Virus record (IMG/VR): IMGVR_UViG_3300042090_003221
Location: 32,001 to 96,000 of that record
Reading direction: 5' to 3' (one strand)
DNA from: a virus
DNA: 64,000 bases
Shown piece after piece: positions 46,397-56,850 of the stretch. The position numbers and the translations under genes were made by a program. Below the pieces are notes generated by a model. It was given only the letters and a program-made list of their open reading frames with translations, made no database searches and was not told the DNA's origin. Every line of letters starts with the position of its first letter. Within the stretch, counting starts at the first letter, position 1.

Positions 46397-46715
46397 AGGT
46401 CTGCCTGAGATAGGAGCCGAGCCGCGTGCAGCCGTCAGCGTCCCCTGGAAGCTCGCCGCCGCGCTCGGCGATCCAGACTTCCGGCGCCCGGTCGTCGCGC
46501 TTCCCGTTGCACTCCAAGCAGGCCATTGCGAGGTTTTGGATCCCGTCCTTGCCGCCTTCGGCCTTGCGCTTCAGGTGCTCACGCGTCGCCATACGTCGTG
46601 GATCTCGGGGCGATGTCCAAGGGAGCCAGCACAGCTCATCGCAGTAAAAGCAAAGACCCTCCTGCTCCTTGAATAGGCGACGGAGGCGGTTGCGCTTGGT
46701 GTTGCCGCTCGCCAT
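46362..46715 (-). CDS. HNH endonuclease
   Basis: CFYC..ATREH..NLAMACLECN. Confidence 0.85.
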   Translation of the reverse strand: MASGNTKRNRLRRLFKEQEGLCFYCDELCWLPWTSPRDPRRMATREHLKRKAEGGKDGIQNLAMACLECNGKRDDRAPEVWIAERGGELPGDADGCTRLGSYLRQTYDFAPLVRTRA

Positions 46716-46833
46716 TTTTTCCACCCTCCAAGCGTGACGACGAGGACGGTCTTCCAGCCCTTGCCTTTGATTTTCATGAGGCGGCGCTCGGTGCGCGCGC
46801 GCCGCCAGATCGGACGACGACTCGCGGAACCCA

Positions 46834-47574
46834 TCACACGCCGAGCGCTTTGTGGATGCGGTCGACGTTCTTGCCGACGCGGTCCGCGGCGCCTTTCAGG
46901 GACTTGATCGCCTCCGTGAGATCGGATTGGCGCTTGAGCGAGGCCTCAGCCTCCGTCTGCAACTTCTCCGCCTTCTCGAGCACGAGCTGGACGTCGGCGA
47001 GAACCGCGCGCGCCTCCGTGAGTTGGGTGCGGATTTCCTCGTTGGCGGCCTCGGGTCCGAAATTCTCGTCGCGGATCCCGCTGACCCATGCGCGCGGGAC
47101 GCTGAGGTCGTCAGCGATGCGCTGATCTGTCCAGCCGGCGGAATAGCCCGCGGTCTCATTCAGATAGACGTCGTTCAGTTTCGCGAAGATGATTCGCTTG
47201 TCGTCGCGCGTCATCGCCGGCGGCGGCTCCACTAGGACTGCCTGGATCGCTTGAACCGGCTCAACCAGCGCCGGCGGCGCAGTCGGGACAACGCTGAGAG
47301 TCACCTTCGTCATGTCCTTTTCCTTTTCCTTTTTCTTATTCGCAGGGTTGCATTCCGGGCACAGGTCACGGCCCCGGCGCCCGTCGCTACAGTCCCATCC
47401 GCGCGCTTCGAATTTCCGCGCCGTGATGTCCGGAGGAAACCGGCCTCGTGTCCCCAGAGAGATTTGCTCGAACTCGCCGCACGTCCCGCAACGGGCGATC
47501 ATGACTCCGGCAGATCCGCCGCCGGCGACGGTAATGCCCGCTTTCTCAAATTCTTCGTTTCGTTGATGTTTCAT
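46834..47574 (-). CDS. Zn-finger/HTH hypothetical protein
   Basis: CGTC..CPEC; WTDQRIADDLSVPRAWV. Confidence 0.65.
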   Translation of the reverse strand: MKHQRNEEFEKAGITVAGGGSAGVMIARCGTCGEFEQISLGTRGRFPPDITARKFEARGWDCSDGRRGRDLCPECNPANKKKEKEKDMTKVTLSVVPTAPPALVEPVQAIQAVLVEPPPAMTRDDKRIIFAKLNDVYLNETAGYSAGWTDQRIADDLSVPRAWVSGIRDENFGPEAANEEIRTQLTEARAVLADVQLVLEKAEKLQTEAEASLKRQSDLTEAIKSLKGAADRVGKNVDRIHKALGV

Positions 47575-47820
47575 GGATTTCCCCTTCCCTCTCTCGATGT
47601 CATCGGCGTCCATGCCGTTCTGCGTAGCGTTGCGCGTCCTGCCTCGCCGCCTGCGGGTATTGCCGGGCGTCCTCTTGCTGGAGAAACTTGAGGTCCTCTG
47701 CGCTCAGCGTCATTCCGCGCTCTCGCGCGAAGCGGCGCCACCAGTCGCCGAGCGTTTCGCGATGCAGCCACGCAACGAGGCGCGTCCCGTCGCCGGCATC
47801 AGGCTTCTCGTCATCGACGG

Positions 47821-49710
47821 TCACTCCGCGGCGATCGGGGCGGCGCGGCGGCGCGCGAGCTCGACCAGCGCGGCGCGCCCGATGTGCTCCGCGTAGGCCG
47901 GAGGAATCGCCTCGCTCATCTCCGCGAGAGTCATCCAGTCGATCCCGAGAGCCTCGCTGGCCGCGGCCTTGTGGCCGCCAACCCAGACGTCGCGCGTCCC
48001 GCGGCCGCCGGCGCGCGCCGACCGGCGTCGGGCGTGGCCGCCGTAGACCCCGATCACGGGGCGCGGGTCGCGCGCGCAGACGCATTCGGGTTGCGGGATT
48101 GAGAAGCTGGCCTCGAACAGGCGACGCCGCTGCAGCCGGCAGCCCTGGGCACCGAGGCCGAACATGCAGCCGCAGAGGGTGACCGGGCTCCGCATGCTCC
48201 AAGCGGCTTCCTCGACGTTTTCAATGACCCAGAGGGCTCCGGTGGCCTGGAGCCGTTCGCGCATCGCGTCGATCAGCAAGGGGGCGCCGACAGCGCCCGG
48301 CGCGTGGCGCATTGCTGAATATCCTTGGCAGTTGTGTACGACGATACCGTCGGCGCAGTAGGTTTCATCCTCATCAACCGAAAGGTTGAAAACCCGCTGC
48401 GCAACCGGAGACGAAACAACGGATCGAACAAGGCCCCATCCGTGCTGGTCGTCAAACCGAAACGACCTCGCGGTTTTGGAAAACCTTACCTGGAAGTGGG
48501 GGCGCTCGCGCACGGTTCGCCCCTCGATTTCAGTCGTGCCTATTCCCCCCGGGCGCCTCGGCTCGCTCTTAGTGATCGTCGCGCTAAGCCCGGATTGGTT
48601 CAAGAGCATGCGCACCCCAACGGCGAGGGCGCGGGAAACCGTCGTGAAGCCCGTTACGGCGCCGCCCGTGTAGCGCGGGTCGTTTTTCACGTACCCGTCG
48701 GCGAGTTGATAACCGTCCAGAAAGGACTGGCGGTATTCGCGGCTCGCGCCGTGAAGCCAAGACGGAATCTTTTTGTTGGCGGCGCCGATGCCGAAATGCT
48801 CCTTAAGCCAAGCACATAGACGCCTTGACCCTGACCTCGCCTTGGCGGAGGTTCGCTCGATTGAAACGCTGCAACGCAAACCTGCCTCAGCCATTAGGGA
48901 GCGCAACAATTCGGCGTCTTGCTGAGCGCCGCAGATCAGCACGTCGTCGCGCGTGACCCATCCGTCTCCAACCCAATAACCGAGGAATTTGGCGAACCCC
49001 AGCGTGGCCGCGTCGGCCGCGGGCGCGCCCCTGACATCAATCATGCCGTCGGAGATTGCGTAGGCGCGCGCCGACGACGCCTCGGCCTCGGTGTCGTAAG
49101 AGCCGATGTAGACCGTGCGGCTCCCTTTCGAGCCATACGCGCGGTAGCGTTTGACCTTTTCGTCAAAGACGTAGCCGGCCGAGCTTGGCGGAATTGGCGG
49201 GACGCTGGCTTCCGGGACTAAGGCGACGGTCGCCCACCTTTGCCCCTCCATAGCGCCGGCGTCTGTCCACTCAGCCGCGTCGGACAAGCTGACATAACCG
49301 TCCGGCGCTCGCCGGCTCGTTTTCGAGTAGAACGGGTGCTCTGCGGTCGTCGTGAGGCCCCAGTGGCCCTGCCCCTTCAGGGTTACGGTCGGCGACCACG
49401 CCGATCCAATTTGCGTCACCCTTCGCCAGCGCGCGTTGTGCGTGAGGACAAGGTCACCAACCACTACCTGCTCGATCGGCACTTGCCCGCGCGCCGTGAA
49501 AATTAGGGTTCCGGCGGGGAAGCAGGGCGGCGACGCCCACACGAGGTCAAAACCGGAGAAATCGAACTTCAGCGCGTCGGCCTGGACGAACGCGAACGGA
49601 TAGCGCTTGCGTGCTTTGATATCGACGCCGACGACGCTGAACCCGGCGCGGTGGAGACCCATTCCGGCGCCGCCGGCACAGGAAAAGAGATCGAGCGCGC
49701 GGGGCTTCAC
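47821..49710 (-). CDS. C5-cytosine DNA methyltransferase containing an intein
   Basis: LDLFSCAGG, WASPP|intein|CQ, IENV motifs; GTG start. Confidence 0.9.
   Translation of the reverse strand: MKPRALDLFSCAGGAGMGLHRAGFSVVGVDIKARKRYPFAFVQADALKFDFSGFDLVWASPPCFPAGTLIFTARGQVPIEQVVVGDLVLTHNARWRRVTQIGSAWSPTVTLKGQGHWGLTTTAEHPFYSKTSRRAPDGYVSLSDAAEWTDAGAMEGQRWATVALVPEASVPPIPPSSAGYVFDEKVKRYRAYGSKGSRTVYIGSYDTEAEASSARAYAISDGMIDVRGAPAADAATLGFAKFLGYWVGDGWVTRDDVLICGAQQDAELLRSLMAEAGLRCSVSIERTSAKARSGSRRLCAWLKEHFGIGAANKKIPSWLHGASREYRQSFLDGYQLADGYVKNDPRYTGGAVTGFTTVSRALAVGVRMLLNQSGLSATITKSEPRRPGGIGTTEIEGRTVRERPHFQVRFSKTARSFRFDDQHGWGLVRSVVSSPVAQRVFNLSVDEDETYCADGIVVHNCQGYSAMRHAPGAVGAPLLIDAMRERLQATGALWVIENVEEAAWSMRSPVTLCGCMFGLGAQGCRLQRRRLFEASFSIPQPECVCARDPRPVIGVYGGHARRRSARAGGRGTRDVWVGGHKAAASEALGIDWMTLAEMSEAIPPAYAEHIGRAALVELARRRAAPIAAE
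48331..49524 (-). mobile_element. Intein (398 aa) with LAGLIDADG homing endonuclease
   Basis: Starts CFPAGT, block B TTAEHPF, FLGYWVGDG and FLDGYQLADG, ends VVHN|C. Confidence 0.92.
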
Positions 49711-49975
49711 AGCGCGCCCCCGAACAGGTCGGGACCTCGCGGCGCCCCCTTGGTCACGACGTTGATGGCGTCCTCGATGACGCCGCGGAAGGCCTCCGGA
49801 TAGACGGCGAAGCAATGGGAGCCCCGGCCGCTGGCCTTCGCGCGCAGCTCCTTGGCGGGGAGGCGGCCGTAGCGGTCGACGAAGCGGTCGCGCACCGCGG
49901 CGCCGACCGCCCATGTCAATTTCGGCTCGGGCTCAAGCCCCTTTGCCTTGAAGACGTCAATCACGGTGATGCGGG

Positions 49976-50443
49976 TCACGCGCGCTCCAATGCGGTTGAG
50001 GGATAGAGGACGAGCTCGACGCCGGCTTCGGCGAACATCGTGGCGCCGTGCGCGAACGTGTCGTTCCAACGCGGATTGTTGCTCGTGAGGGAAACGACGC
50101 GCTTAATGCCCGCCTGGATGATCAGGCCGGAGCAGTTGTTGCCGCCATCGGCGCCGCTGCAGGGCTGAAACGGCCAGGAATAGAGGGTGTAGCCGTGGAG
50201 CGACTCCCGCGCGGTGACGATCGCGTTCGCCTCAGCGTGGACGGTACGCGCGTACTTGGTCGCGCGCTCATCGTAGAGGTGAGAGTCGTCACAGCAACCC
50301 CGGGCAAATCCATTGTACCCGACGCTCGCGACCGTGCGGTTCGGCCGCACGATGACGGCGCCGACCTGGGTTGAGGGGTCCTTCGAAGCTTCGGCCATGT
50401 ATTTGGCGAGCCCGATGAAGAACGCATCCCACTCCGCGCTCAT
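49976..50443 (-). CDS. dCMP deaminase
   Basis: SKDPSTQVGA, GYNG, HAEANA, PC..C. Confidence 0.9.
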   Translation of the reverse strand: MSAEWDAFFIGLAKYMAEASKDPSTQVGAVIVRPNRTVASVGYNGFARGCCDDSHLYDERATKYARTVHAEANAIVTARESLHGYTLYSWPFQPCSGADGGNNCSGLIIQAGIKRVVSLTSNNPRWNDTFAHGATMFAEAGVELVLYPSTALERA

Positions 50444-50685
50444 GCCGCGACTCCGCGCTTGCGGAGCTCGTCGGACCCGACCGGGCGCCAGCCGTACAAG
50501 CCCGACATCGCGAACTCGCGCTCATCGCCGCTCTCGACGCAGTAGGCTTTGAAGAGGTATTGCGGGTCAGTGTGCCAGTCGTTCGCCCCGAACCGGAAGC
50601 TGCCCTCGATCACGCGAACGATGCGTTTGCGGCGCTCCCCGCGCCAGTTCAGATAATCGATTTCGACATAGTCGCGGATATGCAT
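50440..50685 (-). CDS. Stand-alone WYL-like domain protein
   Basis: IDYLNWRGE..R..PQYLFKAYC..REFAM. Confidence 0.65.
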   Translation of the reverse strand: MHIRDYVEIDYLNWRGERRKRIVRVIEGSFRFGANDWHTDPQYLFKAYCVESGDEREFAMSGLYGWRPVGSDELRKRGVAA

Positions 50686-51216
50686 CAGGCGTTCCCTTCG
50701 CCGGTCTTGAGCCAATGGATTTCCAGGGCGTCGAGCAGGCGCTCGATGCGGTTGAGTTCGGCCAGCGCCTCGTCTTGCTCGTCGAGCAGAAGCGAGGCCT
50801 TTCCCTTGGACAGCGCGACCTCGAGGTCGGTGCGGCGCGTTTTCAGCGACGCCACCGCGCCGCTCGGGACTCTCGGGATCCGACCCGCGGCTAGGGCGTC
50901 CAAGCCGTCATCGAGCGCCAGCTTGACGGCATAGTGCATCGGGGACGGGAACCTCATTGGACGGCCTCGCGATCGTCGTGATGGTCGGGCTCGGCGGGCT
51001 CCGGCGCCGGCGGCGGGAGCGGCGGGAGACCAATGACCGGGCTCGCCAGAGCGCGGTTGCTGAGGCGCATAGGCGTCGCCTTCGACCGAACGGTGAACGC
51101 CACGATCTGCTCCTCAAGCGCGTCGTCGACGATCACGGCGCGCAAATCGTTCATCGCCGTTCTGCGGGCAGCCAGATTGTCAATCGAGCGCCGCACCTCA
51201 TCACGGAAGGAATTGC

Positions 51217-51792
51217 TCATGCGCCGATTCCTCTGATCAGGGCCTTCAGCTCAGCGAACTTCGCCGGCGAGATCGGCACAGGCTTGGGCTTGGTCAGCGC
51301 CGGGGCATCGAGCAGCTGGCCGATGCGGCACAGCTCGCCGCGGGGCTCGACTTCGAGCTCACGCGCCCGCACGTACAGGTCGCCCGCGGACGGCCGCCAC
51401 CGGCCATGTTTGCCCTGCCGGTACTCCCTCGCGGCCGCCTGGAGCGACGCCAGCGTGAGCCCGTCGAGGTCCTCGAGATCCTGACGCACCAGCGCCAGCG
51501 CCTCGTCGGGGTTCGTCACGGTCTGCGACGGCATGCCCCCCAAGGTCGCCAGCACGACCGCAATCTCCTTGCGCGACGCCGGGTAGAGCGCGGCCGTAAG
51601 AGCCTGTCGGCGGGCCTGCAGCGCCGCGAGCGCGGTGGCGGGGATAACCTCGCGGTGCAGCGAACCGTCAGCGAGCGCCGACAACCCAGCCGTCAACGCA
51701 GCCCGAACCTCCAGCGGCATGATCGCGGGGAGGGTCGGAGTCGCCGCTGGCCGCACCGTCGTCTTCACTTTGGTCAGTTGGTTCGTCGTCAT
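51217..51792 (-). CDS. Putative replication-associated protein
   Basis: Directly downstream of initiator. Confidence 0.5.
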   Translation of the reverse strand: MTTNQLTKVKTTVRPAATPTLPAIMPLEVRAALTAGLSALADGSLHREVIPATALAALQARRQALTAALYPASRKEIAVVLATLGGMPSQTVTNPDEALALVRQDLEDLDGLTLASLQAAAREYRQGKHGRWRPSAGDLYVRARELEVEPRGELCRIGQLLDAPALTKPKPVPISPAKFAELKALIRGIGA

Positions 51793-52549
51793 CGGAGGCG
51801 GCTTCCATCAGGGCTTGCATGCGGGGCGAGAGGGGGGCGTCGCGTGGCGGCGGCCGGGCGGACGGGGGCGGGATCCGCAGCGGCCCCGTGCTCGCCGGTG
51901 CGTCCTCCCAGCGACGCTGGTTGAGGAACGTCGCCGGGTTAAGCCAAGGTCGATCGGGGGGCTTGTCGCGGACGTAGGCGGCGACGCCGGTCATGATCGC
52001 GTCGATCTCGTCGGCGTGCCGGGAGAACGCGCGCTCCGCTACCGGACGCCCGACCTTGTTCGGCCACGCTTTCCAGAACCGAGAGAACGCGAGGCGCGCT
52101 TGCGCGATTTTCTCTGATACTACGCTAGTAGTATCTAGCCCTTGAGAAGATGGCAGAGGTTCGCTTGGTTTTTGCTGATGCTCTTGCTTTGGCGGATCGT
52201 TAGCTTTTGCTAGAAGCGCCTCTTTTGTTTTCAGAGCTTTAGCGTTACCACCACGCGAACCACACTCGGCTCTTGCCTCCGCCTTCGAGAGGGCCTTAGC
52301 CCTCTCCATTTCGAGACGAGAATTGACCCAATCCGCGGTGAAGAACTCCTGCAGAACGGGCTTCGACGCGCTCCACTGCCGGTCCGTCATGCGGGCGATG
52401 CGGGCGAGAAAACGGTCCTCTTTCGGCAGGCTCCCCTTCTGCCAATAGTGCATGAGAAGGTGCAGATACGCGCCGCTCTCGGCCGCGTTCAGGTGCGTGG
52501 TCGCCGAGAGGTAGTCGGCGACGTACAGGGGCATATACGGCGGGCTCAT
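51668..52549 (-). CDS. DUF1376/YdaU-family replication initiator
   Basis: YMPLYVADYL..GAYLHLLMHYW; FWKAWPNKVG..PATFLNQRRW. Confidence 0.85.
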   Translation of the reverse strand: MSPPYMPLYVADYLSATTHLNAAESGAYLHLLMHYWQKGSLPKEDRFLARIARMTDRQWSASKPVLQEFFTADWVNSRLEMERAKALSKAEARAECGSRGGNAKALKTKEALLAKANDPPKQEHQQKPSEPLPSSQGLDTTSVVSEKIAQARLAFSRFWKAWPNKVGRPVAERAFSRHADEIDAIMTGVAAYVRDKPPDRPWLNPATFLNQRRWEDAPASTGPLRIPPPSARPPPRDAPLSPRMQALMEAASDDDEPTDQSEDDGAASGDSDPPRDHAAGGSGCVDGWVVGAR

Positions 52550-52986
52550 GCGAGTGTCGCCTCTATGCCGAATTCCGCGCCGACGGCGTCTAGAGCCCAA
52601 TCTTCGGGTTTGCCGGCGGCGATAAAATATTGAACCGCCTCGCGCGGCGACATGCACCAGACTTCAACAGCCTCGATGCATACGATTCCCTCAGCTTCGC
52701 ATGAGAGGCCAATTGGGTCGGCGAAGAACCACTCTCCGCAGACACGGAAGCGGTCGAGCTCGGTGTGGAGCGTCCGCTCTAATCCTGCAGCAAGCGCGCG
52801 CGACGGCGCGGCCCAAGCCTCGTTGAGTTGAAGTCGATAAGGGCTTGCCGTCTGCAGGGTGGCGAGCCGAGATTTCACATTCGCGCTCACGCCAATCTTG
52901 AACATGCGCGCGCTGGAATTGAGGTCGATCGGCGCGCCCGGCGGCGCCGGCGCGTCTGACTCGATCAGGTAGACGTAGCAGCTCAT
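52546..52986 (-). CDS. GIY-YIG/T5orf172-family protein
   Basis: YVYLI..KIGVS..RLATLQTASP..GEWF. Confidence 0.8.
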   Translation of the reverse strand: MSCYVYLIESDAPAPPGAPIDLNSSARMFKIGVSANVKSRLATLQTASPYRLQLNEAWAAPSRALAAGLERTLHTELDRFRVCGEWFFADPIGLSCEAEGIVCIEAVEVWCMSPREAVQYFIAAGKPEDWALDAVGAEFGIEATLA

Positions 52987-53609
52987 GGCTTCTCGCCTCC
53001 TAGGACCGCGCCCATGATCGTCTCGACCTCGGCGAGCAGCTCGGCGTCGACCTTGATCGCCGCCTCGATCCGGCGGAATCCATGTAAGATCGTTGTGTGA
53101 TCGCGATCTCCGAAGGCCCACCCTATCGTCGGTAGCGAGTGGGTCGTGAGGCGTCGGGCTAGATACATCGCGACATGACGAGGGCGAATGATTTTCAAGG
53201 TTCTGCGCTGGCCAATCAGGTCGGTGCGGGAGACGTAATAGAAGCTGCAGCAAGCCCTGATGATGAACGCGATTGACGGCTCGCCCAGATGCGATAGCGG
53301 GGCGCGCACCATCACCTCCAGGCGCTCGATCGGCGTCAGGATCGACGGCGGCAAAGCGGTGGACTTGGCGATCGGCAGATCAGCCGTGGGCGCACGCACG
53401 GGCGTGGGCGACCTGCGCGGCCATACGCGAGCCTCTGGCGGGACGTCGTCACGCTCCCTGCGCGCCACGGTCATCGCGACGCGGTAGACGCCAGCGGCCC
53501 GCGCGGCCTTACGGTAGGCCGCCCACTCGGCTAAGCTGGCGCCGGCGCGCGGCGGAGCGATCACGCAGGGCGGGTTGACCTCTGAGGGGTCGATATACAG
53601 CGCGAGCAT
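52983..53609 (-). CDS. Protein with DnaA C-terminal HTH domain
   Basis: RPRHVAMYLARRLTTHSLPTIGWAFGDRDHTTILHG. Confidence 0.85.
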   Translation of the reverse strand: MLALYIDPSEVNPPCVIAPPRAGASLAEWAAYRKAARAAGVYRVAMTVARRERDDVPPEARVWPRRSPTPVRAPTADLPIAKSTALPPSILTPIERLEVMVRAPLSHLGEPSIAFIIRACCSFYYVSRTDLIGQRRTLKIIRPRHVAMYLARRLTTHSLPTIGWAFGDRDHTTILHGFRRIEAAIKVDAELLAEVETIMGAVLGGEKP

Positions 53610-53613
53610 GGCG

Positions 53614-53961
53614 TCACGCCTCGCCGATCGAGATTTGGCGGCGCCGCTTCGCGCTGACTGGCGCTGGGCGGTCCTCGCCGGCGACGAATTGGCTGCAGGC
53701 CTTGGCGTGATGCGGGACCGCGCGGCCGGCGATGCCTTGGGCGAGGCTCGTGCGCCTGTGGCAGCGCTTGGGCTCCAGCTCGCCGCCGGCGACCGCGGGC
53801 TCATAGCCAAAATTGCCGCGCCCCCAATGCGAGCACTCGCGGCACGTATGCGGCGAGCCCGGAATCGCGAACGACGCCTGTCCGGCAAATGTCGCTTTGA
53901 GCCACGCGTTGACCTCCGGCGCATGGGCGTGGGTCAGGCCCTCCGTGAGGAGCTCCTTCAT
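53614..53961 (-). CDS. Cys-containing hypothetical protein
   Basis: GQASFA..TCRECSHW..AKAC. Confidence 0.6.
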   Translation of the reverse strand: MKELLTEGLTHAHAPEVNAWLKATFAGQASFAIPGSPHTCRECSHWGRGNFGYEPAVAGGELEPKRCHRRTSLAQGIAGRAVPHHAKACSQFVAGEDRPAPVSAKRRRQISIGEA

Positions 53962-54566
53962 TTCCCGACCCCTATTAGCCAGCGAAGCTGCGTGCATCCC
54001 GGCGGCGGAGGCGGCGCGAGCTTGTCCCAGACCAGCCACAACCAATCCGCGGATCCGCCTTCGGCCTTGTTGCCGGCGAGCAGGTATTCGCCGGGAGGGC
54101 ACGAAATGCGCGGCGTCACGATCCAGGCGCGGTGCGGCGTGAGCTCGGAATAGAGCCCGCCGGCGCGGTCTGCGCCGGCCAGGAACCGGATATCGAGGAA
54201 CATCGCGATCTTGCCGGCTGCGAGCTTGTGCGCCTGACGGATGAAGGCCTCGGCGCCCTTGGCGCGATAGAAAGGCGGGTTGCAGACGATATTCGGGGCG
54301 AGCTCGGCGCCGTCGGCGAGAAAGTCTCGCTCGCCGACGAACCACGGCTCGTTGGTGCGGCGCTTGATGTCGGTTCCGACGACGTCGTAGCCGGCGCGCG
54401 TCGCGGCTTCCATGATGTTTCCGCCGCCGCAAGAAGGATCCCAGATAGCTCCGGAGAAGCGCTCGACTGCGAACAGGGCGTCGCTGGCGCATTGCCCCTC
54501 GACATACCAATCTAAGGGGTCGCGCTCGAAAACCTTCGCATTGAGATCGCGGGTCGGCGCGTTCAT
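53958..54566 (-). CDS. DNA amino-methyltransferase (NPPF type)
   Basis: DWY..IWDPSCGGG..IVCNPPF. Confidence 0.85.
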   Translation of the reverse strand: MNAPTRDLNAKVFERDPLDWYVEGQCASDALFAVERFSGAIWDPSCGGGNIMEAATRAGYDVVGTDIKRRTNEPWFVGERDFLADGAELAPNIVCNPPFYRAKGAEAFIRQAHKLAAGKIAMFLDIRFLAGADRAGGLYSELTPHRAWIVTPRISCPPGEYLLAGNKAEGGSADWLWLVWDKLAPPPPPGCTQLRWLIGVGK

Positions 54567-54925
54567 TTCGGCGCTCCAACCACGCGCCAGACCACTTCCA
54601 GGGCGCCCCGGCCCGGGCCTGATCTCCAGGCGTGGAATTCGACATCGCCGCGCTCGCGAAGCCTGTGCAGCATGCGCCGCGCCCCATGAGCCTTGATCCC
54701 GAGCAGGGGCGCGAGATCGCTCGCGGTTTGCGGGCAGGACCGGAGCGCGTCGATGGCCTTCACCTCGCGGCAAACGTGCGGCGGGACAATGGAGATGCTG
54801 TACATGCGCAGCAGCTTGCGATGGACACTGCCGGGGCGGACGCCCAGGATTGGCGCGAGAGCGACATAGCTCGCTCCGTTAGCGAGCATTTCGCTGATGC
54901 TTTCAGGCAACGTTTGCGTGGACAT
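54563..54925 (-). CDS. Winged-HTH protein
   Basis: TASDLAPLLGI..RRMLHRL. Confidence 0.55.
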   Translation of the reverse strand: MSTQTLPESISEMLANGASYVALAPILGVRPGSVHRKLLRMYSISIVPPHVCREVKAIDALRSCPQTASDLAPLLGIKAHGARRMLHRLRERGDVEFHAWRSGPGRGALEVVWRVVGAPK

Positions 54926-55302
54926 AGCTCACCGGGTCTCTTGTGATTAGTGGGCGGCCGTCGACGAGCTCGCGTCCGAGGCCTCAACCAGCTTGCGGCG
55001 CTCGTCGCCCGTTAGCCTGACGAGCGTGGCCGATGCAGCGGTCGCGTATTCAATCAAAGACCTGAGCCGCTCCCCTCGGGGCGCCCGCTCTCCGCCGCTT
55101 ACGACGGAAATCATTCGCTCCACGGCGAGCGGCTCGAGCGCGCGGGTGCGGTCGGCGTACTGCCTTGCGAGCGTGTTCGCGGCGGCTCTGGCCTGCGTGA
55201 GCAGGAAATCTAGCTGCGCACCCTTGGGAGCGTGCTTGTCTCCTCCGGACACGATCGAGATCATGGATTTCACGGCGGAGGCTTGGCTGGACAGGGACGT
55301 CG

Positions 55303-55677
55303 TCACAACACGATCTCCTCGATTTTTACGCCGTGGTAGAGCTCGATCGCCTTGCGCCGGAGCTTGTAATAGGGGTCCTTCGCCGTCCCGTCGGACTTGA
55401 CCTCTTCGAGGACGTAGCGCGCCTTGGCGTGATCGAAATATTTGAAGTCGACCGTGAGCGAGCAGAGCAGCGCGGTTCCAATAAACGCTTTCAGCTCATG
55501 CTGCGGCTCCAGCTCGGAGATCTCGCCGATGCGCTGGCGAAGCTTCAGCGTTGCAAAGACGGACGCCTCCATGGCGCTATCAAAGACGATCCCGTCGACG
55601 GTGCGCGCCTCAACCTTGGCGACGCCGTAGCGGCCGCGCTTGGGTTTGTCTGACGGGAGGCGGACGGGGATAGCCAT
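55303..55677 (-). CDS. DUF1064-like PD-(D/E)XK nuclease
   Basis: VDGIVFDSAMEA..VDFKY..EEVK. Confidence 0.75.
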   Translation of the reverse strand: MAIPVRLPSDKPKRGRYGVAKVEARTVDGIVFDSAMEASVFATLKLRQRIGEISELEPQHELKAFIGTALLCSLTVDFKYFDHAKARYVLEEVKSDGTAKDPYYKLRRKAIELYHGVKIEEIVL

Positions 55678-55680
55678 GAC

Positions 55681-56439
55681 TTAGCCCGCAGCCAAGAGAG
55701 GCGACTTCACCCAATCCCACTTTGCGCGATCGGCCTTGATCTGCGCATAGTTGGTCGGGTGCTGCGCCGCGAAGTCAGGCATGTGCGGGCCAGCGACGTA
55801 GCCTTCCGGCGTCTTCGTCAGCCAGCCGAGACGCGCCTCTGTCCAGCGGCCCGGGTCGACGCCGGCGGAGCGAAAATCAGATCGCGTAATCGGCCGCGTC
55901 TCTAGCAGGACCGCCAGCTTGATCGCCTGGATCTTCCAGTGCGTGAGTTGGACCGGGGCCGAGGCGCCGGCGGCGACGTCGGGGACATAGTCCGGCAGAA
56001 CGTGACGCTTCACCGGCGCCCATTCGTGCCAATCGTAGAACGGGCCGTTCCTGTCGCCGGGGAGCGATGGGCTGAAGAAAAACGGAAAGCGGGAGTTCCT
56101 GTCGCGACGCAGTGAGATCACCGTGATCCCAAGCGCGTGGCAGATCGGCGCGAGATCATTTTCGCACGCATAGCCCGGGACGAGCACGGCACGAAAATCG
56201 GGGCCGACGACCCCATGGGAGTAGCGCTCCGGCAGCGCCTGCGCGACAACCTTGTTGTTGAGGCGGAGCTTGGCCTCGATGCCGACCTGCGCGCCGTCAG
56301 CGCGGACGGCAAGAATGTCCCACCCAGCGGTTTCCGCGAAGAAGCGCCAGCCCGAATACCGGTCACGCTTCGCGGCCTCAATGAAGGCGGCGCAGAGCTC
56401 GGACTCGAGCTCGAACCGCGGCTCCTTGTCGGCCATCAC
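55681..56439 (-). CDS. PD-(D/E)XK-like hypothetical protein
   Basis: [14 protein letters not shown]. Confidence 0.6.
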   Translation of the reverse strand: MMADKEPRFELESELCAAFIEAAKRDRYSGWRFFAETAGWDILAVRADGAQVGIEAKLRLNNKVVAQALPERYSHGVVGPDFRAVLVPGYACENDLAPICHALGITVISLRRDRNSRFPFFFSPSLPGDRNGPFYDWHEWAPVKRHVLPDYVPDVAAGASAPVQLTHWKIQAIKLAVLLETRPITRSDFRSAGVDPGRWTEARLGWLTKTPEGYVAGPHMPDFAAQHPTNYAQIKADRAKWDWVKSPLLAAG

Positions 56440-56744
56440 GAGGAACCCAGCGCCGCCAAGTAGAGATCGATCAGGGTCTCTTCCTCGGTCCGCTCGGACG
56501 GGTCCTTCGCCCGGATGCGGACGACCGCCTTGAGGATTTTGGGATCGAAGCCGTTGCCTTTGGCCTCGGCGTAGACCTCTTTGATGTCCTCGCCGAGCGC
56601 CTTGCGCTCTTCGTGCAAGCGCTCAATCCGCTCGACGTATGAGCGGAGGTGACCGGAGTTGATCTCATCGGTCGCTTCGGGCGCTTCGGGCGCCTGCACC
56701 CGTGCGCGTTGCATGTCGTGTGCCATCTCGACGTGTGTCATCAC
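56436..56744 (-). CDS. gapR: GapR/DUF2312 DNA-binding protein
   Basis: [35 protein letters not shown]. Confidence 0.85.
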   Translation of the reverse strand: MMTHVEMAHDMQRARVQAPEAPEATDEINSGHLRSYVERIERLHEERKALGEDIKEVYAEAKGNGFDPKILKAVVRIRAKDPSERTEEETLIDLYLAALGSS

Positions 56745-56850
56745 CTTGACCCGTAAGCGGAAGGAATGGACGGGTCGGCAGCCGTAGCCACCAACCCGCC
56801 GCGCGCCCCGTCGAATGCTCTCGCACCGCCGGTAACTTTGATCTCAAAGG

